A DNA stretch of 63,869 nucleotides, filler included, from Deltaproteobacteria bacterium (GTDB lineage Bacteria; JACQOV01), in assembly GCA_016202395.1 (NCBI GenBank). It is 8 parts of 8 records of this genome, joined end to end, with 100 filler letters (N's around TTAATTAATTAA, not from the genome) between each part and the next. Parts side by side here need not be neighbours in the genome. Positions count along the whole stretch, not along the records: positions 6,632 to 17,066 come from JACQOV010000001.1; 7 more parts are not named here. One strand, written 5' to 3'. A program made the translations under genes and the position numbers. Of this stretch, positions 7,903-16,470 are shown piece after piece; the first letter of the stretch is position 1, and each line of letters starts with the position of its first letter. The notes below the pieces were generated by a model, which saw only the letters and a list, made by a program, of their open reading frames with translations, had not been told where the DNA came from and searched no databases.

Positions 7903-9525
7903 ATGTCCACCTCTTGGGAACAATTGATTGATAATTTTTTAAAAGAACGATGGGAGCAATCTCCCGTCCTTGCTACAGCAGAGGGGATTCACAACTACGA
8001 TCATCAACTGGATTCATTGAATCCAGAGGCCATTGAAGAGAGGCTTCAAACCGTTCGTCGTCAGATTCTTGCGCTTGAAAAGGCGCGGCCTGTCGATCCA
8101 GACGAACAGATCGATCGAGAGGCTGTGCTGGGGGAGTGCCGCTCTGAGCAGCTGGAGTTGGAGCGGATCCAGCCTTGGCGTTCAGACCCCTCCGTTGCCA
8201 TCAACATCGGTTTGCAGGCGATCTATCTTTTAAGAGTTCGGAGTTTTGCTCCGATGGAAGAACGCGCAGAGTCGATCCTCTCCCGTTTGGAACAGTTTCC
8301 TCGGCTCCTTCAGGAAGGGCAGGCCGCCCTCGACCGGCCTGTGCCTGTCTTTTTAAAAGTGGCGGAGGAGGTTCTTCAAGGGGCGAAGCATTTTTTGGAC
8401 GACACCGCTGAAGAGTTGGGGCGCCAGCTCCCTCATTTGCAGAAGATCTTTCGAACCACAACGGATCGTGTCGTCTCTGTCTTGAATCAATACGATCATT
8501 TTCTGAAAGCGGGTGTGCAGCCCGCCTCCAAGGATCGTTTTGCCATTGGCGTTGAGGCCTTCCAGGGACTTCTTCAACATCGTCATCATCTTTCGTTAAC
8601 GCCGGAAGAGCTTGTCCAGATTGGAGAAGAGACGGCAAAGGGGGTCGAGGGAGAGCTCGCTCGACTGGCCAAAGCGATTGAGCCGCGATCCACCTGGAAG
8701 AAAATCATTGCGAAATTTAAGCAGGAACATCCTTCATCCAAAGAATTGGTGGAGGTCTATCGAAAAGAGATGGAGCGGGCGCGGGATTTTTGTCGCGATC
8801 GAAATCTGATTAGCTTTCCGAAAGTGGAATCGCTCCAGATTGTTCCGACCCCTGAGTTTGAGCGGCCGACGAGCCCTTACGCTGCTCTGATGTCTCCAGC
8901 CCCTTTTGAAAAAGATCAAACCAGTTACTTCTACGTCACTCCTGTGGAGGACTCCATGAGCCCTGAGGAGCAGGAAGAGAGGCTTCAGGGGCATTCGTTC
9001 ACGGGGCTTCCGGTGACCGCTTTGCACGAGGCCTATCCCGGACATCATTTGCAGCTTACGGTTGCTAACCAGCTCCCTTCGCGCGTTCGTCGTGTGATTG
9101 GGACCTCGGTTTTGTGGGAAGGTTGGGCCCTTTACTGCGAGGAGATGATGTATGAAGAGGGTTTTTACGCCGATCCGCGAGTGAGGCTGTATCAACTGAA
9201 GGATCTTTTATGGCGAGCTTGCCGTGTGATGATCGATGTGGGGCTTCATACGCAGGGATGGAGCGTGGAGAGGGCGGTTCAACTTCTGGTCGATCGAGCG
9301 GCTCTGGAGCCGGCCAATGCGCGTTGCGAGGTGTGGCGTTATTGCGGCACACCGACACAGCCGATGAGTTATTTGATCGGTCGTCGAGAGATTCTGGCGC
9401 TCCGCGAAGAGGTTCGAAAAAAGGAAGGAAAGGATTTTTCGCTCAAACGTTTTCATGATCGGTTGCTTTCGTTCGGAAGTTTTTCTCCGGCGTTAACCCG
9501 AAAATATTGGAATAAATTATGTTAA
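7903..9525 (+). CDS. DUF885 family protein (putative metallopeptidase)
   Basis: HEAYPGHHLQ, EGWALY.E, P.Q..SY..G. Confidence 0.9.
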   Translation: MSTSWEQLIDNFLKERWEQSPVLATAEGIHNYDHQLDSLNPEAIEERLQTVRRQILALEKARPVDPDEQIDREAVLGECRSEQLELERIQPWRSDPSVAINIGLQAIYLLRVRSFAPMEERAESILSRLEQFPRLLQEGQAALDRPVPVFLKVAEEVLQGAKHFLDDTAEELGRQLPHLQKIFRTTTDRVVSVLNQYDHFLKAGVQPASKDRFAIGVEAFQGLLQHRHHLSLTPEELVQIGEETAKGVEGELARLAKAIEPRSTWKKIIAKFKQEHPSSKELVEVYRKEMERARDFCRDRNLISFPKVESLQIVPTPEFERPTSPYAALMSPAPFEKDQTSYFYVTPVEDSMSPEEQEERLQGHSFTGLPVTALHEAYPGHHLQLTVANQLPSRVRRVIGTSVLWEGWALYCEEMMYEEGFYADPRVRLYQLKDLLWRACRVMIDVGLHTQGWSVERAVQLLVDRAALEPANARCEVWRYCGTPTQPMSYLIGRREILALREEVRKKEGKDFSLKRFHDRLLSFGSFSPALTRKYWNKLC

Positions 9526-10208
9526 AAGCGGTTATTTTGGATTGTGATGGGGTGATTGCCGACACCGAGCCGGTTCATCTCCGAGCTTTCCAAAAAATTT
9601 TGGATGAAGAGGGGATTGAACTCCTGGAGGAAGATTATTATCGAGAATACATCGGATTTAGCGACCGCGATTGTTTCTCGGCGGTTCTCTCTTTGAACGA
9701 TCGTGAGGTGGATACGCAAGGACTCCAAGATCTTCTTCAAAGGAAAGCGGTTTATTACGACGAATATGTGAAAGATTTTCTTAGGGTCTATCCCGGTGTC
9801 AAAGAATTTGTGGAGCAGGCTGCCGAAAAGTATTTATTAGCCGTTGTTTCGGGCGCTTTGAAGCCCGAGGTGGAATTTATCCTCGACAAGGCCGAGATTC
9901 GCTCTCACATCCCGGTGGTCATTGCGGCGGAGGATGTCGCGAAAGGCAAACCCGACCCCGAAGGTTATCTGAAGGCCTTCGAGACCCTTAAAAAGGGCTC
10001 GCAAAATGGGCTCGAGGCCAGGCAGTGTGTCGCTTTTGAGGATACTGCCATAGGCATTGAGGCCGTTTTGGCCGCAGGAATGAGATGCGTGGGGGTGGCG
10101 CATACCCTTTCTAAAGAAATCCTCTCGAAAGCCACTTGGGTGGTTTCAAACATGGCGGATATCAATATCAAAAAGTTAGAGCGCCTTTACCAATTAGGGC
10201 ATCCATAG
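9519..10208 (+). CDS. HAD-family phosphatase
   Basis: DCDGVIADTE, KPDPEGY, FEDT..G. Confidence 0.9.
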   Translation: MLKAVILDCDGVIADTEPVHLRAFQKILDEEGIELLEEDYYREYIGFSDRDCFSAVLSLNDREVDTQGLQDLLQRKAVYYDEYVKDFLRVYPGVKEFVEQAAEKYLLAVVSGALKPEVEFILDKAEIRSHIPVVIAAEDVAKGKPDPEGYLKAFETLKKGSQNGLEARQCVAFEDTAIGIEAVLAAGMRCVGVAHTLSKEILSKATWVVSNMADINIKKLERLYQLGHP

Positions 10209-10502
10209 ATGCTTCACAGGATGCCCTTCCATAATATGTTTCTGAACAATCTCTTTCACATCTTCTTCATTTCGAACCGTGTACCAAACTCCTTCCGGGT
10301 AGACCACCACTGAAGGCCCTTGGGCGCATTGATCGAGACAGCCGGCTTTGTTGGCCCGAACGCTCCCTTCCAGCCCCGCTTTTTTGAGTTCCTCCTTAAA
10401 AAGAGCGTGAATTTTTAGAGAGCCTTTGGCAAGGCAGCAGCCTCTGGGATCCTCCGGAGATCTTTCGTTGGTGCAAACGAAAATGTGGCGCTTCAATTTC
10501 AT
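10194..10502 (-). CDS. Thioredoxin-like [2Fe-2S] ferredoxin
   Basis: HIFVC...GCC...GCLDQC..GP.VVVYPEGVWY. Confidence 0.9.
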   Translation of the reverse strand: MKLKRHIFVCTNERSPEDPRGCCLAKGSLKIHALFKEELKKAGLEGSVRANKAGCLDQCAQGPSVVVYPEGVWYTVRNEEDVKEIVQKHIMEGHPVKHLWMP

Positions 10503-10517
10503 CGTACGATCCTTATC

Positions 10518-12068
10518 TTAAATCACGCGCTGAAACTGTGAAAGTGGGAGCTTCCACACCGGGATGCCGCAGAAGTGTTCTCCTTCAGGGCATTTAGGGC
10601 GAATCCCCGCAAGATGGCGGTGGCCGCACGGTGGCAGAAGATAGTTTCCAATGATCGGTTCAATCTTTGCAATCTGCTCCGCTTCATCGAGAGAGGCCCT
10701 CCAGATCTCCTCTTGAGCATTAAAACAAAGGCGCATGGCGTGTTTGTGATGAAGATTGAGAAGATCCGAGGACTCCGTAAACCGAATCGCGGCGGCATTC
10801 GGTAGAAGGTAAAGCACAAACTCCATCGGCACACCCCGTTTTTTAAGTTCTCCCATGTTTTCCCAGCTTCTCTCCATCACTTCCTGATACTCTTTGAGAA
10901 TTTTATCCTCTATTTGAATTAGCGCCGGTGTGATGTAATCGGGCTCTTCCGTCCAATGGGCCTCTAAACAGGGGCGCGAGGCCGGAGTCATTCGGTGCCG
11001 CTGGTCCTGAGAATCGGCCGTGTGGCTCAGTTTTTTCTGGAATGTGTAGCTGGCATGAAATAAAGATCGAGAGATTTTGGAAAGTGTTGTCAGATTTAGA
11101 TTTTCGCCAAGCAATTTATTTTGCCTCGGGTCCAGAGCCCACCGAATCGCCGTGGCATTATCTAGGCTGGAAGCCGGTCTTCCTAAAACCTCGCGGACGG
11201 CGTCCGCCACCAATTGTTCGTTATTCGATTTCCAGCCGGTGAGTTTCGAGACCCTTCCCCCCAGACCTCGATCGAATTCTTCTAAAAAAGGACGAGAGGT
11301 TGATGCGGGGCCGTTGGAGCGCTCTTTAAAAAATGGGTATTCCGGCGTCTCTTCAAGGGGGATCGGTTCCTCTAAAATAGTTTTGTACATCGGATCGATT
11401 TTGAGAAGCTCGTCAATCATCTTTCCAACCACAATCTGTTGCTCCATCGGGGTATCCAACTGCTGGCAAAGGCGCCAGTATCGGAGAAGCGTGATCCCGC
11501 TCACCGTGTGGTACAGGTGAGCAAACGTGGCTACGGGAACCGCATAGCGAGCCACTTCCTGGGCTTTTTTCTTGACTTCTTTGTGGAAACTTTCTCGCTC
11601 TCGTGAAAAACGTTTGGCATATTCGCTTTCGACGATCGGTATCAGTCGCTCTGTCAGTTCATGATAGGCCCTCATTTGGCATTCTGCGGTTTGAGTGTAG
11701 ATCTCGAGCGCTTGTCCCTGGAGAGGAGGGATGGCGTAGAGGCCGGTTTTAATCGGCACATAGCGTTGCGAAACCTGCTCGCTATTATAAAAGGGATGGG
11801 AGTGTAGAAACGACCAGATGAATTGTCGTGAAATGTTAGACATCGAAAATTCGAAATGGGCGTGTTGCAGGGTGGTGTGATGCCCCGCGCGGTAGAGACT
11901 TTTTGCGAGTTCCTCGGTTCGTGGAAAAGGCTCGTCATCTCGCACCACCCCCTTGCCCGAGTAACACGTCCGCGCCGCAGCAATAAAATTCTTAAACGGT
12001 GTGGTGAAACTCTTTTCCAGCCGTATCTCCGGCTCCACCGAAAAAAACTTTTGTAAGGTTTGGGCCAT
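10518..12068 (-). CDS. thyX: FAD-dependent thymidylate synthase, tandem two-domain ThyX type
   Basis: GHHT..QH, SQRY and QRHR motifs spread over two Thy1-like halves; 516 aa. Confidence 0.8.
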   Translation of the reverse strand: MAQTLQKFFSVEPEIRLEKSFTTPFKNFIAAARTCYSGKGVVRDDEPFPRTEELAKSLYRAGHHTTLQHAHFEFSMSNISRQFIWSFLHSHPFYNSEQVSQRYVPIKTGLYAIPPLQGQALEIYTQTAECQMRAYHELTERLIPIVESEYAKRFSRERESFHKEVKKKAQEVARYAVPVATFAHLYHTVSGITLLRYWRLCQQLDTPMEQQIVVGKMIDELLKIDPMYKTILEEPIPLEETPEYPFFKERSNGPASTSRPFLEEFDRGLGGRVSKLTGWKSNNEQLVADAVREVLGRPASSLDNATAIRWALDPRQNKLLGENLNLTTLSKISRSLFHASYTFQKKLSHTADSQDQRHRMTPASRPCLEAHWTEEPDYITPALIQIEDKILKEYQEVMERSWENMGELKKRGVPMEFVLYLLPNAAAIRFTESSDLLNLHHKHAMRLCFNAQEEIWRASLDEAEQIAKIEPIIGNYLLPPCGHRHLAGIRPKCPEGEHFCGIPVWKLPLSQFQRVI

Positions 12069-12121
12069 AAGAACCGTTTGATTATAACATAAGAAGAGGG
12101 TAAACGCTGGATCAGACTTAT

Positions 12122-12269
12122 TAGCAGGTTGTTGACAAATCCTTCTCTCGCAAGAAAATTGTCATGCCCGCGAAAGCGGGCATCCAGTAACATATTGAAA
12201 AGACTGGATTCCCGTTTTCACGGGAATGACGGCAAAAAGCCTGAGAATTAGTTAGTCAACAAACTGTTA
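12122..12269. repeat. MITE-like element with 15-bp imperfect terminal inverted repeats enclosing a GTCATNCCCG REP pair
   Basis: TAGCAGGTTGTTGAC ... GTCAACAAACTGTTA; inner GTCATGCCCGCGAAAGCGGGCATCCAG / CTGGATTCCCG...GGGAATGAC (12161-12230). Confidence 0.7.
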
Positions 12270-12665
12270 GGCTAAAGCGACGATGCCGGATCGGTGAATT
12301 CGTTCATCCACGGTTAAAACTCGGAGCCCATGACATCGAGCGGTAGCCACGATCAATTGATCTGCAGGATCCTTGTGGAAGTGGGGGCCTAAACGGCTGC
12401 TTTCAATAACGATTCGCGCAGAGAGGGGGATCATCCAGATCCCTGGGTCTTCTTCGAGTTCACCAAACCACTCGTCTAAAGAGAATTCGGGTCGAATCCG
12501 TCCGATCTCAGCCAGTTTTGCAATCTCCCACAGTGAGATAATCGAGACGGCTAAGCCCTCTTTCAGTTCTTCCGATTGAATTTTTTGAGCCATCTCAGGG
12601 GTAAGATCGGGCGCATCAAGATACCACCAAAGCAATACATGGGTATCCAGTAGTGGGGGGGGCAT
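12267..12665 (-). CDS. VapC/PIN-domain toxin
   Basis: LLDTHVLLW, SLWEI, HKDPADQLIVATA; TGATG overlap with the antitoxin. Confidence 0.9.
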   Translation of the reverse strand: MPPPLLDTHVLLWWYLDAPDLTPEMAQKIQSEELKEGLAVSIISLWEIAKLAEIGRIRPEFSLDEWFGELEEDPGIWMIPLSARIVIESSRLGPHFHKDPADQLIVATARCHGLRVLTVDERIHRSGIVALA

Positions 12666-12931
12666 CAGGAGCTTGCCTCCCAACTGGAGGCCGATGACCA
12701 ATGGATGATATCTCCTTTAAGGGTCGCCAACCCTTTTAGGGCTCCTCGGTGGCTCCCTCGAACTCTCCCTATCGGGATGACCCGAGCCACAGGCTCCGAT
12801 TTTTTGGTGATAATCCACTCCTTCCCTTTCCTACGGGTTTCCTCCAAGAGTTTTAAGCAACGGGCCTTAAATTCGCTCACTCCAATGGTTTCTTGATGTT
12901 GGATCGCTGCGGAACCTCGCTTTGTCATCAT
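12665..12931 (-). CDS. Phd/YefM-family antitoxin
   Basis: I..SEFKA.CL.LL......ITK...PVA. Confidence 0.88.
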   Translation of the reverse strand: MMTKRGSAAIQHQETIGVSEFKARCLKLLEETRRKGKEWIITKKSEPVARVIPIGRVRGSHRGALKGLATLKGDIIHWSSASSWEASS

Positions 12932-12987
12932 AGAATCCAGGATAGCAAAGACCTATTGATTAGTCAAGTGGTCAAAATGGTGAAATC

Positions 12988-13064
12988 TGGGGTCAGTTTT
13001 AAGTATTTAAGTAACGATTCAGAGGATGGGGTCAGCGTTACTTAAATACTTAAAACTGACCCCA
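12988..13064. repeat. Perfect 29-bp inverted repeat (GGGGTC-type REP)
   Basis: TGGGGTCAGTTTTAAGTATTTAAGTAACG / CGTTACTTAAATACTTAAAACTGACCCCA with a 19-nt spacer. Confidence 0.9.
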
Positions 13065-13137
13065 TCCCCTGTTAAGTTCCCTTGACAGGGTTTTCTAGTT
13101 CCTCTATCTATTACAATCGGTTTTATGGGCTAGGGGG

Positions 13138-14253
13138 GTGAGCCTCATGGGGCTTCAAAGCGGTAAAAAAAAAGGGGCCTTCTTCGTTGGTATCGTTGTG
13201 TTGAGCTACAGCCTCTCGGAGGCGGGGGTCACCTACCTTCACTCGGACCATCTTAACTCCTCCGTCATTCACACCGATTCTCTCGGTCGGGCCGTTGAGG
13301 TTCAATCCTTTACCCCTTTTGGGGAAGGAGGGGAGGGGTACACCGATCAGGAGTACGATTCCTCGGCAGACCTGCAATCCAACCACGCTCGGTATTACGA
13401 TCCTGTTCTTTCCCAGTTTGTGAGTGTCGATCCCGTTCAAGGGAATCTGCCTTACGCTTACGCCAACAACAACCCCGTCATTTTCGTAGACCCCGATGGG
13501 AACAACCCTTTGCTTATTCCTGTGGTCACGGGGATCGGATTTGTGGCCTTTGACTACGGGATGGCGAAGTGGACAGGGGAAGATGTTTGGTATACGAAAG
13601 GAGATGCGGCGGCCGCTTTCTTCACAGGAGCGCTGATGGGGTTTGGAGGGATGGGAATCGTGGCGTTATCGACCCGCTTGGGACTTTCAGGTGTGGGAGC
13701 AGCTGTTTTTCAAGGGGGGGCTAACTACGTCAATATTACGGTCAATAGGGCTGCCAGAAATATGGTGTATCGTGGAGAGAGACCTACAGAGGCTTTAGTA
13801 GAGAGTGCCCTCTGGCCTGCCTATCTCGTTTTAGCCCCCGTGGATTTTGTGGCAGCGCTAGGGTCTTATGTGGGTCGATACCATTTAGGGCCCGCACTCG
13901 AATCTTGGGGGTTTGTGCTTGACGATCCGGATGAGGATGTCCCTTCCATAGAAAACCTGATCGCGCAGTATCACGGCTCTTATCAAGCCGGTCGATTCCC
14001 TTTTGGAGATTTGACAGGTCGCAACCCTTTGCTTAAGCGTTTAGATCGGCTTGCCCATTTTCATCAGCGTTTGAGCGGTTCTCAAAAGGAGTTAACGTCG
14101 ATTTTGGATGGGTTGCGCAAAGGGGAGGTTGGGGAGTTATCAAGGGAAGATCAGATCGCTTTAGAAGAGGACATTCAACAGAGACTGGAAGGGATCGATT
14201 TTTTGATGGGGCAGATACAGCAGGATGTGACGAAGATCACTCATGAACTCTGA
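13138..14253 (+). CDS. Signal peptide + Rhs repeat-associated core + hydrophobic/coiled-coil C-terminal domain (mini-Rhs 1)
   Basis: SEA|GVTYLHSDHL, PFGE, ARYYDP, NNPVIFVDPDG. Confidence 0.85.
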   Translation: MSLMGLQSGKKKGAFFVGIVVLSYSLSEAGVTYLHSDHLNSSVIHTDSLGRAVEVQSFTPFGEGGEGYTDQEYDSSADLQSNHARYYDPVLSQFVSVDPVQGNLPYAYANNNPVIFVDPDGNNPLLIPVVTGIGFVAFDYGMAKWTGEDVWYTKGDAAAAFFTGALMGFGGMGIVALSTRLGLSGVGAAVFQGGANYVNITVNRAARNMVYRGERPTEALVESALWPAYLVLAPVDFVAALGSYVGRYHLGPALESWGFVLDDPDEDVPSIENLIAQYHGSYQAGRFPFGDLTGRNPLLKRLDRLAHFHQRLSGSQKELTSILDGLRKGEVGELSREDQIALEEDIQQRLEGIDFLMGQIQQDVTKITHEL

Positions 14254-14299
14254 ACAACAAGATGATGTGAAATTTGGGGTCAGTTTTATAGCTAGGGGG

Positions 14300-15370
14300 G
14301 TGAGCCTCATGGGGCTTCAAAGCGGTAAAAAAAAGGGGGCCTTCATTGTTGGTATCATTGTTAGTATCATTGTGTTGAGCTACAGCCTCTCGGAGGCGGG
14401 GGTCACCTACCTTCACTCGGACCCTCTCAACTCCCCTCTGATTGAAACCAATGAGGTCGGTTGGGTCGTTGGGGTTCAATCCTTTACCCCTTTTGGGGAG
14501 GGAGGGGAGGGGTACGTCGGTCAGGAGTACGATTCCTCGGCAGACCTGCAATCCAACCACGCTCGGTATTACGACCCCGTTCTCTCCCAGTTTGTGAGTG
14601 TCGATCCCGTTCAAGGGAATCTGCCCTACGCTTACGCCAACAACAGCCCTATCGTTTTCATCGATCCGAATGGGCGCGATCCAGAGGAGCCTGGTGTCAG
14701 CAGTATCGATGTCGACATCAATGATTGGTTCCTCACGCCGGCGATGCGCGAGAAAGTGGAATCGTTTATACTGGAAAACCATCGATGGCCCGATGATGAG
14801 GAATTTTCCCAGATGAAGGATTTCCACGCCCTTGCGCAGACTCTGGTGGGGCTTTTGGCGGTGTGGCAAGTTTCGAAAGCTACGAAGGCTTTTGGAATGT
14901 CTCGCAAGCTTCAAGCGGCAGACATACAACGCATAAGAGATGTTTTTCGGGAAGTCGGAACCCTCGCTGAAACGATACGACGGACCGGATTCAGTGAGGG
15001 TACGGTACGGCAATACATTAGATCAGCGGGGATGAAGGCAAACAGAGTCGGGAGGTACCCCTCCATTACTAATGAGGAGGCCCTCTCTTTGAGAGAGAAA
15101 TATGCAGAATTGCAGTCTGTGTCGGCAGTGGCAAAGAAGACGGGACGCAGTCCTGTTACTGTCTGGGGATGTGTCATAGGGAAGATTGGCCCGGCGTTTT
15201 CAGAGGAGAAGATCAGCGCTATTCAGGCCGCGTACGCAGAGCTGAAGGATATTAACGAAGCGGCCAGACGCGTGGGCCTTCCCCCCAAGGCGGTTCGTCT
15301 GCATGTGGAGGATGCAGGAAAGGGAGTGGGCAGAAAAACATATGAGGACTTCGATGAATGGGATTTGTAA
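14300..15370 (+). CDS. Signal peptide + Rhs core + tandem HTH C-terminal region (mini-Rhs 2)
   Basis: 5' part nearly identical to mini-Rhs 1; NSPIVFIDPNG; three HTH-like units. Confidence 0.85.
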   Translation: MSLMGLQSGKKKGAFIVGIIVSIIVLSYSLSEAGVTYLHSDPLNSPLIETNEVGWVVGVQSFTPFGEGGEGYVGQEYDSSADLQSNHARYYDPVLSQFVSVDPVQGNLPYAYANNSPIVFIDPNGRDPEEPGVSSIDVDINDWFLTPAMREKVESFILENHRWPDDEEFSQMKDFHALAQTLVGLLAVWQVSKATKAFGMSRKLQAADIQRIRDVFREVGTLAETIRRTGFSEGTVRQYIRSAGMKANRVGRYPSITNEEALSLREKYAELQSVSAVAKKTGRSPVTVWGCVIGKIGPAFSEEKISAIQAAYAELKDINEAARRVGLPPKAVRLHVEDAGKGVGRKTYEDFDEWDL

Positions 15371-16463
15371 AAACCTTTTGGCCATAGCGTGTCTCCCGTT
15401 GTTTTGGGCGGGGGGAGTCCCTTCTCTTTGCGCTGCGGCGGCGCAGTTCTACCATCCCGATCATTTGGGTTCTGTAAATGTTAGCACCGATGAGGGCGGA
15501 GATCTTGGAGGGCTTTCCACCTACACCCCTTTTGGCGAAACTGTCATTGCGAGGGAGCGCAGCGACCGAAGCAATCTCCCAACCAACCATCTCTACACCC
15601 ACCAAGAACTGGACCGTGAATCCAGTCTCTACGATTACGGCGCTCGGTATTATGATCCCGCGCTTTCTCAATTTGTGAGCATCGATTTGGTTGAAGAAAA
15701 CCCCCCTTACGCCTATGCTTTCAACAATCCGATTATTTTCATTGATCCCGACGGCCGTGATCCGAAGATGTATAGTCCTGATATTTATCCGAGCGTTTTG
15801 GACTATCGCGCCGAGCATAACGGAGAGGACCCTCCTAATTCTCTGATTCAACAATGGCAAGAAGAGATTAGCCTCGAACGGGCGTTACCTGTTGTTCTCT
15901 TCGGCATGGTGGTTAAAAAAGGGGCGCGTCCCCATCCGAACCAGAAGGTGACCGATGAACAGGTTCAAGTGGCCTATCGAAGGACGCCGAACTCCTATGG
16001 GGTGGCGGCACAATTGGGGATTTCTCAACATACGGCCTGGCGCAGGTTAGCAAGTTTATTCGGGAAAGGTTACAGGCCTCGCGGCCAAGAGCCACGAACA
16101 GCCTTGGGCAAAGTTTATGAAGAGATCGCGGAGGCGGATGGGAATTTCAGCAAAGCGGCCAGAGAATTGGGTTATAAAAAAAGCGCTATCAGCTCACGAC
16201 TTGGAAACCAGAAAATGCTCGAGACGTTGAGAATACTGTTTCCCCCAGCTTCCCCATCGGCGAAGGGATTGGAGTGGGAACCCATACTTTCCGCTCTTAA
16301 GGAACAGCAGGGGAATGTTCGAGTGGTGGCCAGGCAATTTGAGGTCGACCCTGCAACGATTAGAGGTTGGATTGAAGCTCATTATAAGGGGGGACAGGAG
16401 CAGTTTCGCGTGGATTTTCCTCCCCGTCATGATTGGCGTTGGAGGAATCGAGATGCCAAATGA
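15354..16463 (+). CDS. Signal peptide + Rhs core + tandem Fis-like HTH C-terminal region (mini-Rhs 3)
   Basis: SD GAGGA before ATG 15354; AAA|QFYHPDHLGS, YGARYYDP, NNPIIFIDPDG; GNFSKAARELG and GNVRVVARQFEV. Confidence 0.85.
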   Translation: MNGICKNLLAIACLPLFWAGGVPSLCAAAAQFYHPDHLGSVNVSTDEGGDLGGLSTYTPFGETVIARERSDRSNLPTNHLYTHQELDRESSLYDYGARYYDPALSQFVSIDLVEENPPYAYAFNNPIIFIDPDGRDPKMYSPDIYPSVLDYRAEHNGEDPPNSLIQQWQEEISLERALPVVLFGMVVKKGARPHPNQKVTDEQVQVAYRRTPNSYGVAAQLGISQHTAWRRLASLFGKGYRPRGQEPRTALGKVYEEIAEADGNFSKAARELGYKKSAISSRLGNQKMLETLRILFPPASPSAKGLEWEPILSALKEQQGNVRVVARQFEVDPATIRGWIEAHYKGGQEQFRVDFPPRHDWRWRNRDAK

Positions 16464-16470
16464 ACGGGCC

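Noticed and set aside
13128-14675. Repeat pair as template/variable regions of a diversity-generating retroelement
   Set aside because: Both copies are coding, differences are not confined to adenines, and there is no reverse transcriptase in the window.
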